Source: Fibrobacteria bacterium (GTDB lineage: Bacteria; Fibrobacterota; Fibrobacteria; UBA11236). Taken from it: DNA of 64,000 bases. The notes beneath the pieces were generated by a model. It saw only the letters and a program-made list of their open reading frames with translations, was not told the DNA's origin and ran no database searches. The DNA lies in the NCBI GenBank assembly GCA_043745805.1, contig JAYTSD010000037.1, positions 32,001-96,000 of the forward strand, written 5' to 3'. How positions within the stretch are numbered: position 1 is the stretch's first letter; the number at the start of each line of letters is the position of its first letter. A program made the translations under genes and the position numbers. Shown here piece by piece: positions 9,136 to 18,196 of the stretch.

Positions 9136-10511
9136 TACATATAGACCATGCTCTAAAGGCCTCCGATCTAAATTCTAAAATCAAAAAACTCTGGGATTTG
9201 TCTGGAGAGAAAATCACAGCATTAGAAAAAGCATGGGATGTAAGCAAAGGCTCTCCCGTTTTCACGGTAGCTGGTAAATACAGTTCTAAAGGCTGGACCG
9301 AATGGACACAGGGCTTTCAATATGGCGCTGCGGTTTTGCAATTCGATGCCACGGGGGATGAAAAGTTTTTAGAAATCGGCCGTCGTCAAACCTTAAATGT
9401 GATGGCGGGACATATCACTCACATGGGTGTACATGATCATGGTTTTAACAATGTCAGCACCTATGGTAACCTTTGGCGTTTAGCCAATGAAGGTCGCTTT
9501 AATTGTGAAGAGTGGGAAAAGAATTTTTACGAATTAGCCTTGAAATGCAGTGGTGCAGTGCAAGCGCGTCGTTGGACGGATATTCCTAATAGTGGTTATA
9601 TCTACTCCTTCAACGGCCCGCACTCATTGTTCGCAGATACTATTCGCTCACTTCGAGCTTTAGCGGTGGCGCATCAATTAGGTCATTCTTTAATGGAAGA
9701 GAAAGATCGTGAAATTTCATTGCTGGAACGTATTATTCAGCACGCTCAAACCACCGCACGTTACACGGTATATTATGGCGAAGGTCGTGATGCCTATGAT
9801 ATTCGTGGCCGTGCAGCGCATGAAAGTATTTTCAATACTAATGATGGCAGTTACCGTTGTCCAAATTCCCAACAAGGTTATGCCCCGTTCAGCACTTGGA
9901 CTCGCGGATTAGCTTGGGTGGTATTAGGCTTCGCCGAAGAATTAGAATTTTTACAAACCATTTCTGATGCCGAATTAAAACCCTTAGGTGGACGTGCGGC
10001 GATTGAAGCGGAATTTTTAAAAGGCGCTATCGCCTGTAGTGATTTTTATATCGAACATACGCCAACCGATGGCATTCCCTACTGGGATACTGGCGCACCG
10101 GAGTTACATAAATTGGGGGATTATTTAAATCGTCCTGCCGATCCTTTTAATGCGCATGAACCTGTAGACAGCTCAGCTGCGGCGATCACGGCTCAAGGTC
10201 TATTGCGCTTAGGGCATTTTTTACAAGCAAAAGGCCGCACTGAAGAGGGTAACAAATACTGGCAAACCGGTCTCACGGTGCTGAATTCTCTTTTCCAAGA
10301 ACCTTATTTAAGTACCGATGCTGCACATCAAGGTTTGATTTTGCATTCTATTTATCATCGTCCCAATGGTTGGGATTATATTCCAGCTGGTTCATCTATT
10401 CCACGTGGCGAAAGCAGCATGTGGGGCGATTATCATGCTCGTGAAGCGGCGTTATATGTACAACGAATTGCAAAGCAAGAAAAATACTACACCTTTTTTA
10501 AGGTGAAATAA
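9132..10511 (+). CDS. GH88-like unsaturated glucuronyl hydrolase, no signal peptide
   Basis: WTEWTQGF, HDHGF, STWTRGLAW, PYWD, DSSAAAI, WGDYH; TTG start overlaps the upstream TGA (TTGA). Confidence 0.8.
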   Translation: MIHIDHALKASDLNSKIKKLWDLSGEKITALEKAWDVSKGSPVFTVAGKYSSKGWTEWTQGFQYGAAVLQFDATGDEKFLEIGRRQTLNVMAGHITHMGVHDHGFNNVSTYGNLWRLANEGRFNCEEWEKNFYELALKCSGAVQARRWTDIPNSGYIYSFNGPHSLFADTIRSLRALAVAHQLGHSLMEEKDREISLLERIIQHAQTTARYTVYYGEGRDAYDIRGRAAHESIFNTNDGSYRCPNSQQGYAPFSTWTRGLAWVVLGFAEELEFLQTISDAELKPLGGRAAIEAEFLKGAIACSDFYIEHTPTDGIPYWDTGAPELHKLGDYLNRPADPFNAHEPVDSSAAAITAQGLLRLGHFLQAKGRTEEGNKYWQTGLTVLNSLFQEPYLSTDAAHQGLILHSIYHRPNGWDYIPAGSSIPRGESSMWGDYHAREAALYVQRIAKQEKYYTFFKVK

Positions 10512-10514
10512 TTC

Positions 10515-11288
10515 ATGGCTAATAAAGTTGCTTTAGTTACAGGCGGAGCGCGCGGTATTGGCTTAGGAATTTCCATCGCTTTAGCTAAAGAAGGTTTTGA
10601 CCTAGCCATTTGTGGACAAAAGGATGCTGAAGCCGTTCGTCCGGTTATGGAATCCTTAAACGAATTAGGCGCGCGTATTATTTATGTGCAAGCGGATATT
10701 AGTCGCCGTGCCGACAGAGATAATTTGATGGCGGCGATTAAGGAACAATACGGCCAACTCAATGTATTGGTCAATAATGCAGGCGTAGCACCTGAGGTAC
10801 GGGCGGATATTTTAGAAGCCGAAGAAGCCAGCTTCGAAAGATTGATTCGTATTAATGTGCAAGGGCCTTATTTTTTAACCCAAGCGGCAGCGAATTTCAT
10901 GATTGACTTGAAAAAGGAAAACCCTGAATTTGAGGCTACCATAATTAATGTGGGTTCCATATCGGCTACCGTAGCCTCTGTATTAAGAGGCGATTATTGT
11001 ATTTCCAAGGCAGGCGTGGGCATGGCCTCGCAACTTTGGGCGGCGCGTTTGGGTGAATTCAATATCCCTGTTTTTGAAATTCGTCCGGGCTTAATTAAAA
11101 CCGATATGACTTCAGGAGTAACTTCTAAATACGATGCCTTGATTGAAGGCGGATTATTATTACAATCCCGTTGGGGCATGCCCGATGATGTGGGTAAAGC
11201 AGCAGCCATGTTGGCGCGTGGAGATTTGGCTTATTCTACCGGTCAAGTGATTCATGTGGATGGCGGCTTAACGCAAGCTCGCTTGTAA
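10515..11288 (+). CDS. Short-chain dehydrogenase/reductase
   Basis: TGGARGIG, NNAG, YCISK (YxxxK), IRPG, TGQVIHVDGG. Confidence 0.9.
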   Translation: MANKVALVTGGARGIGLGISIALAKEGFDLAICGQKDAEAVRPVMESLNELGARIIYVQADISRRADRDNLMAAIKEQYGQLNVLVNNAGVAPEVRADILEAEEASFERLIRINVQGPYFLTQAAANFMIDLKKENPEFEATIINVGSISATVASVLRGDYCISKAGVGMASQLWAARLGEFNIPVFEIRPGLIKTDMTSGVTSKYDALIEGGLLLQSRWGMPDDVGKAAAMLARGDLAYSTGQVIHVDGGLTQARL

Positions 11289-11375
11289 GGATGCCTATGA
11301 ATGTGTATGCAAGCAAGCGCAACCTATTTAAATTTCAACTTCAGTATTAATAGCAAATAAATTTAAGGCAAAACT

Positions 11376-12011
11376 ATGAGTTCTATTATCGATCAAATTC
11401 AGCAATTAAGAATACTTCCCGCCGTTATTTTAGATAAAGTAGAACAGGCCAAGCCTTTAGCCGAGGCTATGCGTGCTGGCGGTTTACCTTGTTTGGAAAT
11501 TACTTTTCGTACTGAAGCCGCCGAAGGCGCAATTAAAGCCTTGCAAGATGACAAAGAACTTTTAATTGGCGCAGGCACGGTACTTACGCTCGATCAAGCG
11601 AAAAGAGCTTTAGATGCTGGTTCGCGTTTTGTGGTAACACCAGGATTCAATCCAAAAATTGTGCAATATTGCCAAGATCATAAAGTGCCTATTGTTCCCG
11701 GTGCCAGCAATCCTACCGATATTGAAATGGCCTTGGAATATGGTTTAACGGCGGTGAAATTTTTCCCAGCAGAATCTTTTGGTGGCGTGAAAACTTTAAA
11801 AGCTTTTAATGGCCCTTATCCTATGATGCGTTATGTGCCTACGGGTGGCGTGAATATCAGTAACTTAAAAAGTTACTTGGAATTTAAACCGGTACTTGCT
11901 TGCGGTGGCAGTTGGATGGTGGCTCCAGAATTGATTCGTGCACAAAACTATACCGAAATCACGCGCCTTTGCCGCGAAGCCATTGAGGCGGCGGCTAGTG
12001 TGGGCCGTTAA
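11376..12011 (+). CDS. eda: KDPG/KHG aldolase
   Basis: LEITFRT, IGAGTVL, KFFPAE, PTGGV, ACGGSW. Confidence 0.95.
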   Translation: MSSIIDQIQQLRILPAVILDKVEQAKPLAEAMRAGGLPCLEITFRTEAAEGAIKALQDDKELLIGAGTVLTLDQAKRALDAGSRFVVTPGFNPKIVQYCQDHKVPIVPGASNPTDIEMALEYGLTAVKFFPAESFGGVKTLKAFNGPYPMMRYVPTGGVNISNLKSYLEFKPVLACGGSWMVAPELIRAQNYTEITRLCREAIEAAASVGR

Positions 12012-12078
12012 TCAGGTTAAGGTTGAAAACACTTAAATTAAACGTAACTTTTATAATACGTAACTTGCAGGAGAACAG

Positions 12079-13179
12079 ATGTCTGTATTGACAGTAAAAC
12101 CCAAAGACCAATGCCGTTTTGATATTCTTTCTTTAGGAGAGGTAATGCTTCGCCTCGATCCATGTGATATGCGCATTCGTACGGCGCGTCAATTTCGTGC
12201 ATGGGAAGGTGGCGGCGAATATAATGTGGCCCGTGGCTTACGAAAATGTTTTGGTTTGCGCAGCGCTTTAGTCAGTGCCTTTGCCGATAATGAAGTAGGA
12301 CATTTAGTAGAAGATTTTATTTTGCAAGGTGGCGTGGATATGTCCTTTGTGAAATGGATTCCTTATGATGGATTAGGCCGTACCGTTCGCAATGGATTAA
12401 ATTTCACGGAACGGGGTTATGGCATGCGTGGTGCCGTTGGTGTTTCGGACCGTGGTTTAACGGCGGCTTCACAAATGAAAAAAGGCGATATTGATTGGGA
12501 GCACATTTTTGGCGAACTGGGCGTACGTTGGTTTCATACCGGCGGTATTTATGCCGGCCTTTCGGAAACGACTCCAGGCATTATCGAAGAAGCCATGCAA
12601 GCGGCCAAGAAACATGGAACTATCATTTCTTATGATTTGAATTATCGTCCCAGTTTATGGAAAAATTTTGGTGGACAAAAAAAAGCACAAGAAGTAAACC
12701 GCAACTTAGCGCGTTATGTGGATGTGATGATCGGTAATGAAGAAGACTTCACGGCTTCCTTAGGCTTTGCTGTGGAAGGGGTGGACGAAAATCTTTCTGC
12801 ACTCGACACTTCACATTTCAAAAAAATGATTGGCGAAGTGGTTAAAGGCTTTCCCAATTTTAAAGCGATTGCCACTACTTTACGCACCGTAAAATCAGCC
12901 TCCATTAATGATTGGGGTGCGATAGTTTATGCAGACGGTAAATTTTATGAAGCGCCCATGCGTGAGAATTTGGAAATTTTTGATCGCGTTGGTGGCGGCG
13001 ATAGTTTTGCTTCAGGCTTAGTTTATGGTTTGATGGAAAAGGGTAGTGCGGAAGCGGCCGTAAATTATGGCGCAGCGCATGGTGCTTTAGCTATGACTAC
13101 TCCAGGTGATACATCTATGGCCACTTTAGCCGAAGTAGAAAGTTTAGTTAAAGGTGGCAGCGCGAGAGTACAGCGGTAA
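12079..13179 (+). CDS. kdgK: 2-dehydro-3-deoxygluconokinase (PfkB family)
   Basis: LGEVMLRL, GGGEYNVA, YDLNYRPSLW, GNEED, DRVGGGDSFASG; downstream of eda. Confidence 0.9.
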   Translation: MSVLTVKPKDQCRFDILSLGEVMLRLDPCDMRIRTARQFRAWEGGGEYNVARGLRKCFGLRSALVSAFADNEVGHLVEDFILQGGVDMSFVKWIPYDGLGRTVRNGLNFTERGYGMRGAVGVSDRGLTAASQMKKGDIDWEHIFGELGVRWFHTGGIYAGLSETTPGIIEEAMQAAKKHGTIISYDLNYRPSLWKNFGGQKKAQEVNRNLARYVDVMIGNEEDFTASLGFAVEGVDENLSALDTSHFKKMIGEVVKGFPNFKAIATTLRTVKSASINDWGAIVYADGKFYEAPMRENLEIFDRVGGGDSFASGLVYGLMEKGSAEAAVNYGAAHGALAMTTPGDTSMATLAEVESLVKGGSARVQR

Positions 13180-13204
13180 TTCGTTAAACTTTTTTATGAC
13201 TAAT

Positions 13205-13236
13205 AAAAAAGGCCAGCTATATTAGCTGGCCTTTTT
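13205..13236. terminator. Bidirectional intrinsic terminator
   Basis: A6-GGCCAGCTA-tat-TAGCTGGCC-T5 between convergent kdgK and peroxiredoxin genes. Confidence 0.88.
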
Positions 13237-13251
13237 GCTGTTAGGGAAAAA

Positions 13252-13887
13252 TTATTTAGGTTGAGGCGTTAAACGCAAATAGGATTTTATTTTTTTATAG
13301 CCTAAAGGAAAGCGTTGTTTCAAATCCTCTTCATCTTGCAAAGCAGGTGCTATGACAACATCTTCACCTTGTTTCCAATTCACCGGCGTAGCCACTTTAA
13401 ATTTATCCGTTAATTGCATGGAATCAATAACGCGCAAAATTTCTTGGAAGTTACGTCCTGTGGAAGCAGGATAGGTTATGGTTAAACGAATTTTTTTGTT
13501 GGGATCAATAATGAAAACCGAACGCACCGTCATTTTATCTAGGGATTGAGGATGTAACATACCATATAAGGTGGCAACGGATTTATCTTCGTCCGCAAGG
13601 ATAGGGAAATTTACCACACAATTTTGGGTTTCATTAATGTCATGGATCCAGCCCTTATGCGATTCAACTCCATCAACGGACAATGCTAATACTTTAACGT
13701 CACGTTTATCAAATTCTGCTTTAAGTTTACTGGTTTCACCGAGTTCGGTAGTGCAAACCGGAGTATAATCGGCAGGATGAGAGAACAAAATAGCCCAATG
13801 CCCATCGATATATTGATGAAAATTAATTTTTCCTTCGCTTGAGTCTTGGGTAAAGTCTGGCGCTATTGATCCTAATTGTAAAGACAT
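13252..13887 (-). CDS. 1-Cys peroxiredoxin (Prx6)
   Basis: FSHPADYTPVCTTELG, YPASTGRNF, ATPVNW. Confidence 0.95.
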   Translation of the reverse strand: MSLQLGSIAPDFTQDSSEGKINFHQYIDGHWAILFSHPADYTPVCTTELGETSKLKAEFDKRDVKVLALSVDGVESHKGWIHDINETQNCVVNFPILADEDKSVATLYGMLHPQSLDKMTVRSVFIIDPNKKIRLTITYPASTGRNFQEILRVIDSMQLTDKFKVATPVNWKQGEDVVIAPALQDEEDLKQRFPLGYKKIKSYLRLTPQPK

Positions 13888-14070
13888 AATTAACTCCTAG
13901 TTTAAGGTTTAGGTAAAAATTTAATAAAGCAAGGATAGCTATATGCCGGCGGTATGCCATGTAAAATAACCTATAGAAAACATTATCTCTTGTTATCCCT
14001 ATTTACAAATAAGACAATTTAACTTTATGACGCAAGCCAATTTAAAAACCGGAATAAGGTGCCCTAAGCT

Positions 14071-16224
14071 GTGAAATGTTTATTCATTAATACCTATTAT
14101 CCCGGATTTATGGAGGCTCATTACGCGCGTTATGCCGATTTAGCTAATCGCTCCTATGCCCAGCAATTAACTTCACTTGAGAATTGCATGTTTGGAGACA
14201 GCGATTTTTATTCTCGCGGTTTAAAATCGGCTGGTTGGGAGGCAGAAGACATTATCATCAATTGCCCTTCACTGCAAACTGCATGGGCAAGAGAACATGG
14301 TGGCCCTTCTGGTGAATTAGAAATCATGTTCAATCAAATTTTAAGATCCGCTCCCGACATAGTATATTTTCAAGATCTCAATCACTTTACTCCTGAAATT
14401 CTCCATGCTATTCGTCCCATGGTTAAATTAATAGTTGGACAAATCGCTACACCCATGAAGCCTGATTTAGATCTACAACCCTATGATTTAATTTTTTCAT
14501 CCTTTCCGCATTATGTGGAACGATTTCGCAAACAAGGTATTACGGCCTATTTTCAGCCTCTTGCATTTGAAGAACGAGTTTGGGATGCGCTTCGTTCTGT
14601 TCGTAAAGATATTGGTTGCTCTTTTGTGGGCGGGATTTCCAGTTTGCATGTTACCTCATATCATCTTTTAGAAATGCTTGCAAAGAAAACACCCACGCAA
14701 TTCTGGGGTTATGGATGCGAAACCTTACCTGCGCAATCATTGGTAAAAGTGCGTCATCATGGTGAAGCATGGGGCATGCAAATGATGGAAATCATGGCGC
14801 GCTCATTGATGACCATTAATCGGCATGGAGAAGTAGCAGAAAATAATGCCAATAATATGCGACTCTTTGAAGCTACGGGTGCCGGAACCTTATTGATTAC
14901 GGACTTTAAAGATAACCTCCATGAATTTTTTGAAATAGGCAAAGAGATAGTCGTATTTCATAATGCTGAGGAATGTTCCGCTTTAGTTAATTACTACTTA
15001 GCACATCCTGATGAAGCCGCACAAATTGCTATGGCCGGTCAAATGCGTACTTTGAAAGATCATACCTATAAAGTACGTATGACAAAAACCGGAGAAATTC
15101 TCGCACGTCACTTACGCAATTATGAAGAGAAAAATACTTTTGCAAGTCCCGACTATAATCGAATTTCGTATAACAAACAAGCTATTGATAAAAATCAAAT
15201 AACTTCTTCCATGACCGAAGCGTGGAAGGACAAAAATATACCTATGCGACAAAGGGCTTTAACTCAACAAGAACTGGGAATGATGTACGCGGGTAAACCG
15301 ATTCGTCCCTTTAATACCTTGGTTGAGTCACTTGAAAATTTAATTCATGCTAATGATCGAGTACTAGAAATCGGATGCTCCACGGGATATTATTATGAAG
15401 TATTAGAATATTTATTGCACAAGCCTCTGCATTATATCGGTGTCGATTATTCTGAAGCAATGATTGCTATGGCGCGAGATTATTATCCCAAAACAGAATT
15501 TCACATTGCAGATGGCGCACATTTACCTTTTGAATCAAATACTATTCCTGTAGTAATTTCTTCTTGCGTATTATTACATGTACCCAATTATAGAGATCAT
15601 ATTTTAGAAACGGGACGCGTGGCGAATAAATTCGTGGTTGCCCATCGCACACCTATATGTCGTCAAAGGCCTACCCATTTTATCAAAAAATTCGGATATG
15701 AAGTGGAAATGGTGGAATTAATATTTAATGAAAAAGAATTAATTCAGCTTTTTAATGAAGCAGGGTTAGATCTTATTCGCCAAATTGAAATAGAAGAATC
15801 ATCAGATGATTTATTCTCCATTAATTATATCTTCCAAAAAGGAAAACAAACTTATCTATCTATGTCAGTCGAAAAAAAAACCTCTATTGAAGAGGCGGAA
15901 AATCTTATAAAGGCTGGCCGACTTGCAGAAGGAAAGTTCGCTTTAGAAAAATTGGAAAGTATAGCAGATACTCGCGTGCTTAATGATTTAGCGGTAGTTA
16001 ATCATCGTATGGGCGATAAACAAAAAGCCTTACAGTATTTGTTAAAGTCGGTAAAAATAAACTCCATGGATCGACTTACCTTAATGAATTTATTGGAGTT
16101 AGGGGATCACATTTCCTTATTAGAAGCTATTACGGAATTAGTAAAAGCTTATTTAGCGGAAAACTCAAATGATGTGGAGATGTGCGATCTGCTGGAGAAA
16201 GTCCAGCGCGATAGACAAATTTGA
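14071..16224 (+). CDS. Fusion of CgeB-like glycosyltransferase, class I SAM methyltransferase and TPR-like tail
   Basis: NMRLFEATGAGTLLITD...HTY (GT); VLEIGCSTG, GVDYSEAMI, LPF...VLLH (MTase); helical tail with NDLAVV...ALQYL. Confidence 0.8.
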   Translation: MKCLFINTYYPGFMEAHYARYADLANRSYAQQLTSLENCMFGDSDFYSRGLKSAGWEAEDIIINCPSLQTAWAREHGGPSGELEIMFNQILRSAPDIVYFQDLNHFTPEILHAIRPMVKLIVGQIATPMKPDLDLQPYDLIFSSFPHYVERFRKQGITAYFQPLAFEERVWDALRSVRKDIGCSFVGGISSLHVTSYHLLEMLAKKTPTQFWGYGCETLPAQSLVKVRHHGEAWGMQMMEIMARSLMTINRHGEVAENNANNMRLFEATGAGTLLITDFKDNLHEFFEIGKEIVVFHNAEECSALVNYYLAHPDEAAQIAMAGQMRTLKDHTYKVRMTKTGEILARHLRNYEEKNTFASPDYNRISYNKQAIDKNQITSSMTEAWKDKNIPMRQRALTQQELGMMYAGKPIRPFNTLVESLENLIHANDRVLEIGCSTGYYYEVLEYLLHKPLHYIGVDYSEAMIAMARDYYPKTEFHIADGAHLPFESNTIPVVISSCVLLHVPNYRDHILETGRVANKFVVAHRTPICRQRPTHFIKKFGYEVEMVELIFNEKELIQLFNEAGLDLIRQIEIEESSDDLFSINYIFQKGKQTYLSMSVEKKTSIEEAENLIKAGRLAEGKFALEKLESIADTRVLNDLAVVNHRMGDKQKALQYLLKSVKINSMDRLTLMNLLELGDHISLLEAITELVKAYLAENSNDVEMCDLLEKVQRDRQI

Positions 16225-16283
16225 AGTAATAAAAATATTACCTCTTAAAACATAGCGGTTTTAAATTAATCCTTCTGACTCAC

Positions 16284-17165
16284 TTAAGCGCTTTGCAAGC
16301 GTGCGATACGAGTTTCTAAAGGAGGATGAGTGGACATTAACGCGAAAAACTTGCTAGGCTTGCCTGAGATTTTCATCGTGGCTAAACCCGCTCGGTCTGC
16401 TTCTTCGGGCACTCGACCGGAAAAACTTTGTAAAGCTTGTAAGGCCCCAATCATTTTAGCACGACCCGCAAATCGCGCTCCACCAGCATCTGCACGGAAT
16501 TCTCTTTGACGTGAGAACCAAGCAACTACCATATAGCCGAGTATACTCAAGGCAATTTGTAAAACGATCTCTGTGATAAAAAATACCATGCGGCGACTTT
16601 CCGCTTTTACATTTTGACTTAAGGCAAAGGCAATAATTTTTGCGAAGAACATTACAAAAGCATTAATCACCCCTTGAATTAAAGTCATGGTAACCATATC
16701 TCCATTAGCGATATGTGCAATTTCATGACCCAAAACCCCTTCAATTTCTGAACGGCTCATGCGATTTAATAAACCCGAAGATACGGCAACCAAGGAACGA
16801 CTCTTGGTAGGTCCGGTGGCAAACGCATTTACTTCAAGACTTTCATAAACACCCACTTCAGGCATAGCAGGCAATCCCGCTTGGCGTGCTAAATCATGAA
16901 CCGTACTAACTAAATCACCATATTCTCCGCTTGCATTAGGATTAATAACTTTAACGCCCATCATCCACTTGGCCATCAATCTCGACATCGCGAGAGAAAT
17001 GAACGCGCCACCCATACCCCAAACCAAACAAAATACCATAAGAGAGCTATAATCTATGCCATAGGTGGAAATATAATGACCTACACCTAATAGATTGAGA
17101 ACAAGAGAAATGGTTAATACCACCAATAGATTGGTTAATCCAAAAAGAATAATTCGCTTAAACAT
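16284..17165 (-). CDS. htpX: Membrane zinc protease HtpX (M48)
   Basis: MFKRIILF start; NAFATG, HEIAHIANGDMVTM, SRQREFRAD, THPPLETRI. Confidence 0.95.
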   Translation of the reverse strand: MFKRIILFGLTNLLVVLTISLVLNLLGVGHYISTYGIDYSSLMVFCLVWGMGGAFISLAMSRLMAKWMMGVKVINPNASGEYGDLVSTVHDLARQAGLPAMPEVGVYESLEVNAFATGPTKSRSLVAVSSGLLNRMSRSEIEGVLGHEIAHIANGDMVTMTLIQGVINAFVMFFAKIIAFALSQNVKAESRRMVFFITEIVLQIALSILGYMVVAWFSRQREFRADAGGARFAGRAKMIGALQALQSFSGRVPEEADRAGLATMKISGKPSKFFALMSTHPPLETRIARLQSA

Positions 17166-17364
17166 GTATTTGTACTCCTTGATATATAAGCTATCATTTT
17201 GTTGAATAATAGGCAAAAAAATATTGATATGGATTTCGTTTTAAAAAGAAACTAATACATCAATAATTTTCCATTTTGCAACACTTTGATTCCTTTGTCT
17301 TTCTTTAATTAGATAATGCAAAAACAAAGCCAAGAATAAATGAAATTTTTAGGAGAGAAAAAAA

Positions 17365-18105
17365 ATGTGGCATTGGGTAACTGATATGCAAATTTGGATT
17401 AGCCTAATCACTCTAACCGTGATGGAAATTGTTCTTGGCATAGATAATATCGTTTTCATTACAATTCTTGCCGGCAAGCTTCCTGCAGAGCAGCAATCGA
17501 AGGGACGCAAGCTGGGTTTAATATTGGCGTTATCTACGCGTATTTTATTATTGCTTAGTCTTTCGTATATGGTAAAACTTATCGAACCCTTATTCACCAT
17601 TTTCGATCATGGACTTTCAGGTCGAAGCCTTATTCTTATTTTCGGGGGTTTATTTTTATTGTATAAAAGTACGCATGAAATTCACGGGAAAATGGAAAGC
17701 TCAGAAGAGGGCCCAAAAAAACTTTCGCGTAACCCCAGTTTTATATCGGTGCTTATTCAAATTGCATTGCTAGATATTGTATTCTCTCTAGACTCAGTGA
17801 TTACTGCCGTAGGCATGGTTGATCAAATTGCGGTGATGGTTGCCGCCGTGATTATTGCGGTGATGATTATGGTTTTACTATCTGATCCAATCAGCCGTTT
17901 TGTAGATAATAACCCAACTGTTAAAATGTTAGCATTAAGTTTTTTATTACTAATTGGGATGACATTAATTGCGGAAGGTTTCGATAAGCATATCCCTAAA
18001 GGTTATATCTATTTTGCCATGGCATTTTCTGTGTTTGTCGAAGTATTAAATATTCATGCGGGTAAGAAAAAACTTGCCTCCAAAACCCCCAAAAGTAAGG
18101 CCTAA
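17365..18105 (+). CDS. TerC family integral membrane protein
   Basis: MEIVLGIDNIVFI, DIVFSLDSVITAVG, KMLALSFL, PKGYIYFAM; AGGAG RBS. Confidence 0.93.
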   Translation: MWHWVTDMQIWISLITLTVMEIVLGIDNIVFITILAGKLPAEQQSKGRKLGLILALSTRILLLLSLSYMVKLIEPLFTIFDHGLSGRSLILIFGGLFLLYKSTHEIHGKMESSEEGPKKLSRNPSFISVLIQIALLDIVFSLDSVITAVGMVDQIAVMVAAVIIAVMIMVLLSDPISRFVDNNPTVKMLALSFLLLIGMTLIAEGFDKHIPKGYIYFAMAFSVFVEVLNIHAGKKKLASKTPKSKA

Positions 18106-18139
18106 ATTCAGGGTTATCTCAAAAACACACAAATAATCT

Positions 18140-18168
18140 TTGCATTCTCAGACCATATCCTATACATT
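18140..18168 (+). promoter_or_regulatory. Sigma70-like promoter for the LRR gene
   Basis: TTGCAT-17 bp-TACATT upstream of an AGGAGG RBS and ATG 18197. Confidence 0.45.
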
Positions 18169-18196
18169 GGAAGTGAGCGATGAATAGGAGGCCATA

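Noticed and set aside
17217-17364. Possible yybP-ykoY (Mn2+) riboswitch upstream of TerC
   Set aside because: The region is very AT-rich with no recognisable paired stems or conserved riboswitch core
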